In this document: piece by piece, positions 46,662 to 59,623 of the stretch | Layout of the letters: each line of letters opens with the position of its first letter | How positions within the stretch are numbered: the first letter of the stretch is position 1 | Assembly: GCF_044704955.1 (NCBI RefSeq) | Contig: NC_092008.1 | Span: 2,418,001-2,482,000, forward strand | DNA length: 64,000 bases | Reading direction: 5' to 3' | Source of the DNA: Pristiophorus japonicus | Taxonomy: Eukaryota | The notes under the pieces: model-generated | Databases searched by the model: none | What the model saw: only the letters and a program-made list of their open reading frames with translations | What the model was told of the DNA's origin: nothing | Made by a program: the position numbers and the translations under genes

Positions 46662-47448
46662 CGAACATAAGAAATAGGAGCAGGAGTCGGCCATTCGGCC
46701 CCTCGAGCCTGCTCCGCCATTTAATACGACCATGGCTGATCCGATCATGGACTCAGCTCCACTTCCCTGCCCGCCCCCTTATCGGTTAAGAAACTGTCTA
46801 TCTCCGTCTTAAATATATTCAATGTCCCGGCTTCCACAGCTCTCTGAGGCAGCGAATTCCACAGATTTACAACCCTCTGAGAGAAGAAATTCCTCCCCAT
46901 TTCAGTTTTAAATGGGCGGCCCCTTATTCTAAGACCATGCCCCCTAGTTCTAGTCTCCCCCATCAGTGGGAACATCCTCTCTGCATCCACCTTGTCGAGC
47001 CCCCTCATAATCTTATACGTTTCGATAAGATCACCTCTCATTCTTCTGAATTCCAATGAGTAGAGGCCCAACCTACTCAACCTTTCCTCATAAGTCAACC
47101 CCCTCATCTCCGGAATCAACCGAGTGAACCTTCTCTGAACTGCCTCCAAAGCAAGTATATCCTTTCGTAAATACGGAGACCAAAACTGTACGCAGTACTC
47201 CAGGTGTGGCCTCACCAATACCCTGTATAACTGGAGCAAGACTTCCCTGCTTTTATACTCCATCCCCTTTGCAATAAAGGCCAAGATACCATTGGCCTTC
47301 CTGATCACTTGCTGAACCTGCATACTATTCTTTTGTGTTTCATGCACAAGTACCCCCAGGTCCCGCTGTACTGCGGCACTTTGCAATCTTTCTCCATTTA
47401 AATAATAACTTGCTCTTTGATTTTTTTTCTGCCAAAGTGCATGACCTC
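46662..47448 (-). mobile_element. CR1 3' fragment in the WA 3'UTR region
   Basis: ORF 46745-47386. Confidence 0.85.
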
Positions 47449-50400
47449 ACACTGTCGGAGGGACGGTGCTGAGGGAGCACCGCACTGTCGGAGGGGCGGT
47501 ACTGAGGGAGCACCGCACTGTCGGAGGGGCAGTACTGAGGGAGCGCCGCACTATCGGAGGGGCGGTACTGAGGGAGCGCCGCACTGTCGGAGGGGCGGTA
47601 CTGAGGGAGCGCCGCACCGCCAAGTCACACACCATCCCTTGACTTGGAAATATATCGGCCGTTCCTTCATCATCGCTGGCTCACAATCCTGGAACTCCCT
47701 CCCTAACAGCACTGTGGGAGCACCTTCACCACACGGACTGCAGCGGTTCAAGAAGGGGGCTCACCCCCACCTTCTCGAGGGGCAATTAGGGACGGGCAAT
47801 AAATGCCGGCCTTGCCAGCGAGGCCCACATCCCATGAAGGAATTAAAAATAAAATGCTACAATCCTTACAATGGCGATTTGGTAATGACTGTACGTCAAG
47901 GGATGGTTGGCTCAGTGTTCCTGTAATTGTGATAATTGTCTTTGAACGTGAAGTGGAATAAAGCATTTGGGACATTGAATCGTGGCTTGCTCAGCTCCTG
48001 ATTGGTCGGAGAGCTTGAATAATTAATCGATGTGTTTATACAGCATCACATCACATCCCCAGGATATCGCCGAGCTTTTTGCATCGAATGAACTCATCAT
48101 CGGCAGTCCCTCGGAATCGAGGAAGACTTGCTTCCACTCTAACAATGAGTCCTTAGGTGGCTGAACAGTCCAATACGGGAGCCACAGTCCCTGTCACAGG
48201 TGGGGCAGACAGTGGTTGAGGGAAGGGGAGGATGGGACTGGTTTGCCGCACGCTCCTTCCGCTGCCTGCGCTTGGTTTCTGCACGCTCTCGGCGACGAGA
48301 CTCGAGGTGCTCAGCGCCCTCCCGGATGCACTCCCTCCACTTAGGGCAGACTGGTCTTTGGGCCCAGGGACTCCCAGGTGTTGGTGGGGGATGTTGCACT
48401 TTATCAGGGAGGCTTTGAGGGTGGTCCCTTGTAACGTTTCCTCTGCCCACCTTTGGCTCGTTTGCCCGTGAAGGAGTTCCGAGTAGAGCGCTTGGCTTTG
48501 GGAGTCTCGTGTCTGGGGGACATGCGGACAATGTGGCCCTGCCCAGCGGAGCTGGTCGAGTGTGGTCAGTGCTTCGATGCTGGTGATGTTGGGCCTGGTC
48601 GAGGACGCTAACGTTGGTGCGTCTGTCCTCCCAGGGGATTTGCAGGATCTTGCGGAGACATCGTTGGTGGTATTTCTCCAGCGATTTGAGCTACTTAAAG
48701 GTTTGGTGACAAGTGGTAATGTGGTAACTGAGGCCAAGGTTCACTCGACTGGTTCCTGGGAGGAGACGTTGTCCGCGGAAACCCAAGAGTGAGAGAAGCG
48801 ACTGAAGACGGCGTCACCTGTGTTGGAGAGGCTCCAGAGAGCGAGGGGTGCCAGCAACATGTCGAACTATCGCCTGTTGCTACGTATATTGCACTGTCAA
48901 TTCACAGTCAAGACCAGGCCCTCTAATCCACCACCAGGCTCATGGTCTACAGGGCTGTAGTGATACCCACCCTCCTGTATGGCTCAGAGACATGGACCAT
49001 GTACAGTAGACACCTCAAGTCGCTGGAGAAATGTAACAGGCTCGAGGGGCTGAACGGCCTCCTCCTGTCCCTAATGTAACAGGCTCGAGGGGCTGAACGG
49101 TCTCCATCTGTCCCTAATGTAACAGGCTCGAGGGGCTGAACGGCCTCCTCCTGTCCCTAATGTAACAGGCTCGAGGGGCTGAACGGCCTCCTCCTGTCCC
49201 TAATGTAACAGGCTCGAGGGGCTGAACGGCCTCCTCCTGTTCCTAATGTAACAGGCTCGAGGGGCTGAACGGCCTCCTCCTGTTCCTAATGTAACAGGCT
49301 CGAGGGGCTGAACGGCCTCCTCCTGTTCCTAATGTAACAGGCTCGAGGGGCTGAACGGCCTCCTCCTGTTCCTAATGTAACAGGCTCGAGGGGCTGAACG
49401 GCCTCCTCCTGTCCCTAATGTAACAGGACCTATATTCAGTAAATAGGTCACATTACGAAATGTTTTTCCCCACAGCTTAAGACGACAGGACCACCTTGAC
49501 TGGAATTATGATTGCGTTAGTTCCTCGTACCTGTGGAAATCCCCTTCGTCACGTTAGTGAGACTGACTCTCTGTGTAAAATAATTGGGTTTTAACACCTC
49601 GGGGGAATAGCGATACATCGTTTGTGTCTCTCACATACCTGAAGCCTCATTGCAAGAGAGGCAGAGGGTGTGATCGGGACTGTGAATCCCCTCATCTGTT
49701 CATGGCGGGGATAATCCCCTTGATCTTCTTCGAAATAGTGCCCCTCCAACAGTGCGGCGCTCCCTCAGTACTGCCCCTCCGACAGTGCGGCGCTCCCTCA
49801 GTACTGCCCCTCCGACAGTGCGGTGCTCCCTCAGTACTGCCCCTCCGACAGCGCAGTACAGCGCTCCCTCAGTACTGCCGCTCCGACAGTGCGGTGCTCC
49901 CTCAGTACCGCCCTTCCGACAGTACAGCGCTCCCTCAGTACCGTCCCTCCGACAGTGCAGTGCTCCCTCAGTACCGCCCCTCCGACAGTGCGGCGCTCCC
50001 TCAGTACTGCCCCTCCGACAGTGCAGTGCGGTGCTCCCTCAGTGCTGTCCCTCCGACAGTGCGGTGCTCCCTCAGTACTGCACTGGGAGGGTCAGCCTGG
50101 ATTTTTTGTACTCATGTTCCTGGAGTGGGACTTGAACCCACAACTCTCTGACTCGGAGGCGAGTGTGCTGCCCACTGAGCCACAGCTGACACTGTTAAGG
50201 GGCCTGGATCGAGCGGATAGGACGGACCTGTTTCCCTTGGCAGAGGGGTCAACAACCAGGGTGCAGAGATTGAAAGTAATTGGGGGGAGGTTTAGAGGGG
50301 GTTTGATTGAGGGGAAATGTCTTCACCCAGAGGGCGGTGGGGGTCTGGGGGGGAACTCACTGCCTGAAAGGGCGGTAGAGGCAGAAACCCTCACCACATT

Positions 50401-53400
50401 TGGACGTGCGCTCGAAGTGCTGTAACCCACAGGGCTACGGACCCAGAGCGGGAAAGTGGGATTAGGCCGGGATGGCTCTTGGTCGGCCGGCGCGAGGTGG
50501 ACACGATGGGCCGAATGGCCCCCTCCCGCGCTGTAAACTCCTGCGATTGAACTGGAGGGAGTGTTAGAAGAATAAACGAGGATGTAATTTCAAACAGAAC
50601 AAGTGACGAGACGGAAATCGAAAGGGTCTCGCGGGAAAATGCCAAACTTTATGCAGAAATGGTTCCGTTGCTTGGTAACACAGATACAATCCGATTGCAA
50701 TTACTTGGACACACATGAAAGACGGAAGTGTATGAGTTCGTTGAGTTCGTGAGCGTTTCCAGTCTGGGGGGCCGTTTGGTTAGAGAAAGGTATTGACCCA
50801 GGGCTGCTCTCCCCCCTCTCTCCCGCGACGGTCCGTGTCACGGACTCTCCGAACGATTCCCCCCCATGGTCGGTCGAGTCGGACCTCGGTCAGACGGAGC
50901 GAGAGAGAGAGAGAGAGCGAGATGGCGGAGGAGGTCCATTCGGGAGCGGCCGCCGCTTTGGGGAGTCTGACCTTTCACCTTTCGCCGGCCCCGGGAGGGC
51001 GAAAGGTGAAAGGTCAGACTCCCCGCGCTCTCCGAACGCCTCGCGGCGTTCCCTCCAACGATGTCGGCGGTCTCCGCTCCGAAACGTGGCCCCGGGGGGG
51101 GGGTCCTGAGGACAAGACGTAAGCAGCGGCCATCATACGGGTGGCACGCGTTATGTGTCGACACGTAGCAACAGTTTATAAACGCGGGATTACACGGGAT
51201 ATACGGCCCAGAAACAGGCCATTGGGCCCAACCAGTCCGTGCGGCGTTTATACCCCACTCGAGCCCCCTCCCGTCTTTCCCCATCTAAATCTATCGGCAT
51301 AACCCTCTATCCCCTTCTCCCCCGTGTGTTTATCCAGCCTCCCCTTAAATGCATCGACACTATTGGCCTCGACCCCTCCCTGTGGCAGCGAGTTCCACAT
51401 TCTCACCGCTCTCTGGGTAAAGAGGTTTCTCCTGAATTCCCCATTGGGTTTATCAGTGACTGTCTTATATCGATGGCCTCTGGTTACACCCTTCCCCACA
51501 AGTGGGAACACTCTCTCTGTATCCACTCATCAAAACCTTTCATCATTTTACAGATCTCTATTAGGTCACCCCTCAGCCTTTTTCATTCAAGAGAAAAGAG
51601 ACCCGGCCTGTTCATCCTTTCCTGATATGTATACCTCGCATTTCTGGTATCATCCTTGTAAATCTTCTCTGCACCTTCTCCAGTGCCTCTATATCCTTTT
51701 TATAATATGGTGACCAGAACTGTGCACGGTGCTCCAAGTGTGATCTAACCCAGGTATATGGAGACCAGAACTGTGCACAGTGCTCCCAGTGTGGTCTAAC
51801 ACAGGTATATGGAGATCAGAACTGTGCACGGTGCTCCAAGTGTGGTCTAACCCAGGTATATGGAGACCAGAACTGTGCACGGTGCTCCAAGTGTGGTCTA
51901 ATCCAGGTATATGGAGACCAGAACTGTGCACGGTGCTCCAAGTGTGGTCGAACCCAGGTATATGGAGACCAGAACTGTGCACGGTGCTCCAAGTGTGGTC
52001 TAATCCAGGTATATGGAGACCAGAACTGTGCACGGTGCTCCAAGTGTGGTCTAACACAGGTATATGGAGATCAGAACACCTCTCCCAATCTCATTAACCT
52101 CCTCCAGCCCCTACACCCCTCCCTATCGCTGTAACCTCCTCCAGCCCCTACACCCCTCCCTATCTCTGAAACCCCCTCCAGCCCCTACACCCCTCCCTAT
52201 CTCTGTAACCTCCTCCAGCCCGTACACACCTCCCTATCTCTGTAACCTCCTCCAGCCCCTACACCCCTCCCTATCTCTGTAACCCTCTCCAGCCCCTACA
52301 CCCCTCCCTATCTCTGTAACCTCCTCTAGCCCCTACACCACTCCCTATCTCTGAAACCACCTCCAGCCCCTACACCCCTCCCTATCTCTGTAACCTCCTC
52401 CAGCCCCTACACTCCTCCCTATCTCTGTAACCCCCTCCAGTCCCCTACACCCCTCCCTATCTCAGTAACTTCCTCCAGCCCCTACACCCCTCCCTATCTC
52501 TGTAACCTCCTCCAGCCCCTACACCCCTCCTTATCTCTGTAACCCCCTCCAGCCCCTACACCCCTCCCTATCTCTGTAACCTCCTCCAGCCCCTACACCC
52601 CTCCCTATCTCAGTAACCTCCTCCAGCCCCTACACCCCTCTCTATCGCTGTAACCTCCTCCAGCCCCTACACCCCTCCCTATCTCAGTAACCTCCTCCAG
52701 CCCCTACACTCCTCCCTATCTCTGTAACCTCCTCCAGCCCCTGCACCCCTCCCTATCTCAGTAACCACCTCCAGCCCCTACACCCCTCCCTATCTCTGTA
52801 ACCCCCTCCAGCCCCTACACCCCTCCCAATCTCAGTAACCTCCTCCAGCCCCGACACCCCTCCCTATCTCTGTAACCTCCTCCAGCCCCTACAACCCTCC
52901 CTATTTCTGAAACCTCCTCCAGCCCCTACACCCCTCCCTATCTCTGTAACCCCCTCCAGTCCCCTACACCCCTCCCTATCTCAGTAACTTCCTCCAGCCC
53001 CTACACCCCTCCCTATCTCTGTAACCTCCTCCAGCCCCTACACCCCTCCCTATCTCTGTAACCTCCTCCAGCCCCTACACCCATCCCTATTGCTGTAACC
53101 TCCTCCAGCCCCTACACTCCTCCCTATCGCTGTAACCTCCTCCAGCCCCTACACCCCTCCCTAGCTCTGTAACCTCCTCCAGCCCCTACACCCATCCCTA
53201 TCGCTGTAACCTCCTCCAGCCCCCTACACCCCTCCCTATCTCTGTTATCTCCTCCAGCCCCTACACCCCTCCCTCGCTCTTTAACCTCCTCCAGCCCTAC
53301 ACCCATCCCTATCGCTGTAAGCTCCTCCTGCCCCCTACACCTCTCCCTATCTCTGTTATCTCCTCCAGCCCCTACACCCCTCCCTATCTCTGTAACCTCC

Positions 53401-54424
53401 TCCAGCCCCTACACCCCTCCCTAGCTCTGTAACCTCCTCCAGCCCCTACACCCATCCCTATTGCTGTAACCTCCTCCAGCCCCTACACTCCTCCCTATCG
53501 CTGTAACCTCCTCCAGCCCCTACACCCCTCCCTAGCTCTGTAACCTCCTCCAGCCCCTACACCCATCCCTATCGCTGTAACCTCCTCCAGCCCCCTACAC
53601 CCCTCCCTATCTCTGTTATCTCCTCCAGCCCCTACACCCCTCCCTCGCTCTTTAACCTCCTCCAGCCCTACACCCATCCCTATCGCTGTAAGCTCCTCCT
53701 GCCCCCTACACCTCTCCCTATCTCTGTTATCTCCTCCAGCCCCTACACCCCTCCCTCGCTCTTTAACCTCCTCCAGCCCTACACCCATCCCTATCGCTGT
53801 AAGCTCCTCCTGCCCCCTACACCTCTCCCTATCTCTGTTATCTCCTCCAGCCCCTACACCCCTCCCTATCTCTGTAACCTCCTCCAGCCCCTACATCCCT
53901 CCCTATCTCTGAAACCTCCTCCAGCCCCTACACCCCTGCCTATCTCTGTAACCTCCTCCAGCCCCTACACCCCTCCCTATCTCTGTAATCTCCTCCAGCT
54001 CCTACACCCCTCCCTATCTCTGTAACCCCCTCCAGCCCCCTACATCCCTCCCTATCTCTGTAACCCCCTCCAGCCCCTACACCCCTCCCTATCTCTGTAA
54101 ACCCCTCCAGCCCCTACACCCCTTCCGATCGCTGTAACCTCCTCCAGCCCCTACACCCCTCCCTATCGCTGTAACCCCCTCCAGCCCCTACATCCCTTCC
54201 TATCTCTGTAACCTCCTCCAGCCCCTACACCCCTCCCTATCTCTATAACCCCCTCCAGCCCCTACACCCCTCCCTATCTCTGTAACCTCCTCCAGCCCCT
54301 ACACCTCTCCCTATCTCTGTAACCCTCTCCAGCCCCTATACCCCTCCCTATCTCTGTAACCTCCTCCAGCCCCTAGACCCTTCCCTATCTCTGTAATCTC
54401 CTCCAGCCCCTACACCCCTCAAAC

Positions 54425-55050
54425 TGTGACAAATCAAATTAAATTAAGATTTGGTTGCCGGGGCGGAGTGATGACGCACTCCAGTCCCTCCGGCGCCCAC
54501 CTCTCGCGGAAGGCCGCGAGCGTACCGGTGGACACCGCGTGCTCCATCTCCAGGGACACCCTGGCTCGGATGTAACCGCGGAAGAGAGGCAGGCAGTCGG
54601 GCTGAACGACCCCCTCGACCGCCCGCTGCCCGGACCGGCTGATGGCCCCCCTTGGCCAGGCCCAGGAGCAGGCCCCACGAGGAGGCCCTCGGACCAGCCC
54701 GCTCCCCTCCGCACAGGGTGCCCACAGATCAGGGGCGTGGGACTGAAGTGCAGCCAGAATTTGAGGAGCAGCCCCTTCGAATATTGGAAGAGGGCATGCA
54801 ACCTCGCACACTGAACGTAGACGTGGAACACGGACTCCTCCAGACCGCAGAAACTGCCGGCGGCCCGGGAGCTCGTGAACCGACTTAAAAACCGATTGCC
54901 CCGTGCAACACGCTCCAGGCCAAGTCCCCAATAAATAACGGGAGGACTCCCGCGTAGCGTGCACGCCATTGGGGACCCCCGCCTCCTCCGGACGGCAAGA
55001 TGGTGCATCACGGCATGTCCGGACGGCAGACGAGGATGGAAAAACGCAAC
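54425..55050 (-). mobile_element. Tx1/L1-like LINE 3' fragment
   Basis: CGLEESVFHVY..C.RL and LAAFRERWAP C-terminal motifs; frameshifted. Confidence 0.6.
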
Positions 55051-55249
55051 AGCTCTACGATGATAAGGGAGTCGAGGGTTATGGGGAGCGGGTGGGGAAG
55101 TGGAGCTGAGTCTATGATCGGAGCAGCCCCGCGATCTTACTAAATGGCGGAGCAGGCTCGAGGGGCCGAATGGCCGACTCCTGCTCCTAGTTCTTAGGTT
55201 CTTATGTACAAACCTGCGAGCATATTCACAGGTGCATACACCACCATCT

Positions 55250-58180
55250 CCACGTTGTCCCTCTGAGTCACACACCATGGTGCATGGTTATACACAACAA
55301 AAAATAAATCTCCTTATCTCATCCTCGTCGCCAAGTGGTTATATTCTTTACCACATTACAAAACACGGACAACAAGATGGCTGGACAGGAACGTGTCACG
55401 TGACCTTGTCGCATCATACACATCAGTAGTTGCATTACCACAGTCGCCCACTCGTTGGAGCAGTAGGCCACTAGAGGGAGCTCTATTACACTTCTCCCTC
55501 CTTATTGAAGAAGTAATCATGACAAAATATTCATTCTCCATAACGTGCATGGTTATACACAACAAAAGAGAAATATATCGGCCGTTCCTTCATCGTCGCT
55601 GGGTCCCAATCCTGGAACTCCCTCCCCTACAGCACTGTGGGAGCACCTTCACCACACGGACTGCAGCGGTTCAAGAAGGCGGCTCACCACCTTCTCAAGG
55701 GGCAATTAGGGATGGGCAATAAATGCCGGCCTTGCCAGCAACACCCACATCCCGTGAACGAATAATAATAAAAATAAGAGATGTTACCTGTGATAGACCT
55801 CCCTCTACTGGACTACTGCTCCGCGTAGTGGCTGTGGTAATGTAACGACTGAAGTATATAATAAAAGGATCTAATGACAAGGTCACGTGACACGTTCCTG
55901 TCCAGCCATCTTGTTGTCCGTGTTTTGTGATGTCGTAAAGAATATAATCACTTGGCGACGAGGCGAGGATAAGCAGATTTATCTTTTGTTGTATATAACC
56001 ATGCACGTCATGGATAATGATTATTTTGTCATGATTACTTCTTCAATAAGGAGGGAGATGTGTTACTTAGCTCCCACTAGTGGACTACTGCTCTACCTAC
56101 TGGATAACTGTGGTAATGCAACGACTGATGTATATAATAAAATGACCATGTGACAAGGTCACGTGACACGTTCCTGTCCAGCCATCTTGCTATCCGTGTT
56201 TTGTGATGTCGTAAAGAATATAATCACTTGGCGAGGAGGCTGGGATAAGCAGATTTATCTTTTAGTGTGTATAACTATGCATGTTATGAATAATGATTAC
56301 TTTTTCATGGTTACTTCTTCAATGAGGAGAGAGAAGTGTAATATAGCTCCTTCTAGTGGACTACTGATCCAACTAGTGGGCGACTGTGGTAATGCAACTA
56401 CTGATGTCTATGATAAAAGGCTCATGTGACAAGGTCACGTGACACATTCCTGTCCAGCCATCTAGTTGTCCGTGTTTTGTGATGTTGTAAAGAATATAAT
56501 CACTTGTGTAAGGGGTTTTCTGGGAGTGTTGTTGTGCCTTGGGTGTCTCTCTCTGGGCTTCTGTCCTCACAGCTTATGCCTGGCCTGTGAGGTACCCTGA
56601 GTGCTGCAAGAGCACCCCTGGAGAGACTGTGTGCACAGCTTATGAAGGGGGTTTTGAGACTCGAGCGTCCCCACAGCTTATGCCTAGCCTGTGAGGCACC
56701 TGTGAGTGTCAAACACTCGTAACCCCTTCTTCCCTAGCCTGTGACACACAGTTGAGCGTTTCCGAGGCGCTCCTAGCTTCCCTTACATGGTTCTGACATA
56801 AGACTCATGATCAGGAGATGTAATACAATAGAACTGAGACAAGGTGATTCCAAGAGGAACTTCAGCTTCTAATTTATTTGACAAGGTGTATCTCAACAAA
56901 CAGCAATACACCAACAAAACAATCCCCCTAAATCCCACTAAACGGACACAACGAAAATCTTTACACCAGTTTAGCAGTACAATGCCTAACCTCCCACCTT
57001 TCCTGGCCTAACTGAGTTGGGAGTTCTGGGGACCAGAGGTTATACTCACTACTGTGCCTTCCGCAGTCTGGTGGTTTGTTTCTTCTATCTTCGGTGTCTT
57101 CGGACACTGGTTTTCCTTCAGTGTCGAGAGGCTTGCTGGTTGTTGGATGACGAGGGCAGGGAACCACACGCACTACTACGTCAGAAACCCCTTTTTATAG
57201 CCAGATTATCCAGTCCGCCTCTCCTGCTGAAATCGAACCTTCCCATTGGTGGGCTTTGTGATTTTGAAAAATGCAGCAGTTTTAGATTATTGCCGGGTTT
57301 TTCCACTGATGTTAACCTACTCAAGGTTTGAGTGGGTGTTGATTGCGTTGGCCTCCTGTAGCCATTGGGTTGTTTTGGGTTCCCTGGTTTCTAAAGATCT
57401 GCATAATTTCCTTCCATAGTGTAAATCATGGGGAAGACAATAGTCCGACAATGGCTGTGAGTCAGTCCCACAGTTTTCGAGCAAGTGCTCTCCCATTGGC
57501 TTGAAAGCCCCATGCTTCGGGCTGACTCTGTCCCACCATTGGCCCTCCGGTGTCCTCCCCTGTCCAATCACTGCTCTGCCAAAGTCAAACTGTCTCGGTT
57601 TCAATTCACAGCACAGACTGATCCCACAGCCCTTTTCCCTCTGGGTAGAATGAGGGATGTTTTCATCCTCCCCTACACTTGGCGATGAGGATGGGATAAG
57701 CAGATTTATCTTTTGTTGTGTATAACCATGCACATTATGGATAATGATTATTTTGTCGTCATGATTACTTCTTCAATAAGGAGAGAGGTGTTATTTAGCT
57801 CCCTCTACTGGATTCTGGTAAAGCAACCACTGATGTGTATGATAAAAGGCTCATGTGACAAGGTCACGTGACACATTCCTGTCCAGCCATCTTGTTGTCC
57901 GTGTTTTGTGATGTTGTAAAGAATATAATCACTTGGCGATGAGGATGGGATAAGCAGATTTATCTTTTGTTGTGTATAACCATGCACATTATGGATAATG
58001 ATTATTTTGTCGTCATGATTACTTCTTCAATAAGGAGAGAGGTGTTATTTAGCTCCCTCTACTGGATTCTGGTAAAGCAACCACTGATGTGTATGATAAA
58101 AGGCTCATGTGACAAGGTCACATGACACATTCCTGATCAGCCATCTTGTTGTCCGTGCTGGTGATGTGCTGGAGAATACA
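55250..58180. repeat. ~270-bp repeat family containing the palindrome GTCACGTGAC, in tandem and inverted copies; diverged copy at ~21220-21390
   Basis: Repeated gacaaggtcacgtgacacattcctgtccagccatcttg; the 55250-55560 copy is inverted relative to 55790-58180. Confidence 0.8.
56507..57677 (-). mobile_element. Solo LTR (1171 bp) with 4-bp TSD CTTG
   Basis: Termini tgtaagggg..cccctaca; cttg at 56503-56506 and 57678-57681 splits one repeat unit; TATA and AATAAA on the - strand. Confidence 0.8.
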
Positions 58181-58190
58181 ATCACGTTAC

Positions 58191-59510
58191 CTGTCCGATC
58201 AAAGGTAGCTGCTCCGGCATGGAGCAGCTGGCTGATGAAGTCGAGATTTTCCCGGATGTCCTTCTCGATGTTCTGCAGGGCCTTCGGGTCCTTGTTGGTG
58301 CTGGCCACCGCGGCCTTCACGGAGGCGTGCTTCAGGACCAGCCGGCCCGTCGTGGTGTCGAACACAGTCAGCGTGTCGGCGTTGTAGGCCAGGCTCCACC
58401 CGCAACCGGTCATGTCCTTCTGGACAACGGCTGCTCGGTCACAGTCCAGGAGTTGTTGCACCACGTCTGGAGGGAGGGGGAGAGAGGGAGACAGCAGATG
58501 AGGCGATTGTACCAGCGCCTCCGACAGTGCGGGGCTCCCTCAGTACCGCCCCTCCGACAGTGCGGCGCTCCCTCAGTACCGCCCCTCCGACAGTGCGGGG
58601 CTCCCTCAGTACTGCCCCTCCGACAGTGCGGGGCTCCCTCAGTACCGCGCCTCCGACAGTGCGGCGCTCCTTCAGTACCGCCCCTCCGACAGTGCGGCAC
58701 TCCCTCAGTACCGCCCCTCCGACAGTGTGGCACTCCCTCAGTACCGCCCCTCCGACAGTGCGGGGCTCCCTCAGTACCGCCCCTCCGACAGTGCGGGGCT
58801 CCCTCAGCACCGCCCCTCCGACAGTGCGGCATTCCCTCAGTACCGCCCCTCCGACAGTGCGGCGCTCCCTCAGTACCGACCCTCCGACAGTGCGGGGCTC
58901 CCTCAGTACTGCCCCTCCGACAGTGCGGGGCTCCCTCAGTACTGCCCCTCCGACAGTGCGGCGCTCCCTCAGTACCGCCCCTCCGACAGTGCGGGGCTCC
59001 CTCAGCACTGCCCCTCCGACAGTGCGGGGCTCCCTCAGTACCGCCCCTCCGACAGTGCGGCGCTCCCTCAGTACCGCCCCTCCGACAGTGCGGCGCTCCC
59101 TCAGTACCGCCCCTCCGACAGTGCGGCGCTCCCTCAGTACCGCCCCTCCGACAGTGCGGCGCTCCCTCAGTACCGCCCCTCCGACAGTGCGGCACTCCCT
59201 CAGCCAGTGCGGCGCTCCCTCAGCACTGCCCCTCCGACAGTGCGGCGCTCCCTCAGTACCACCCCTCCGACAGTGCGGCGCTCCCTCAGCACTGCCCAGT
59301 GCCAGCGTAGACTTATACACTCAAATCCCTGGAGTGGGACTCGAACCCACAACCTCCTGACTCAGAGACGAGGGGGCTGCCCCATTGAGTCAGGGCTGTC
59401 GCCTGAGGCTATCTGGGAGTGTGTGTCGGGATTTACAATTCTCCTGGCGTGGGGCAGTAATCACCGTATGAATCGTCGGCACAAAAACAGACACCTTTAA
59501 TGCTTAAAGT

Positions 59511-59542
<32 letters not shown>

Positions 59543-59623
59543 GTGAATCTTACCCTGTGCTGAAATGCAACTCAGGCACAAGCTAAAGCAGACCATGTGG
59601 ATAAAGTCAGCGACGAGCAACAT
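58191..59623 (-). pseudogene. Second WB-like gene or fragment: leader 59623-59554 (MLLVADFIHMVCFSLCLSCISAQ) and beta1 58466-58191; no beta2 or TM exon found
   Basis: Leader 70 nt, phase 1, donor gtaaga; beta1 276 nt with acceptor ctccctccag and donor gtaacg; DVVQQLLDCD..WSLAYNADT..NKDP..TFDRT aligns with WB-like #1 beta1. Confidence 0.75.

Noticed and set aside
49530-49740. Possible small minus-strand tail exons
   Set aside because: Acceptor region resembles SINE core sequence and the frame is ambiguous
55210-55260. Minus-strand mini-exon reading RDNVEMVVYAPVNMLA (ITIM-like)
   Set aside because: Weak acceptor, phase does not match the beta1 exon, no TM upstream; probably chance
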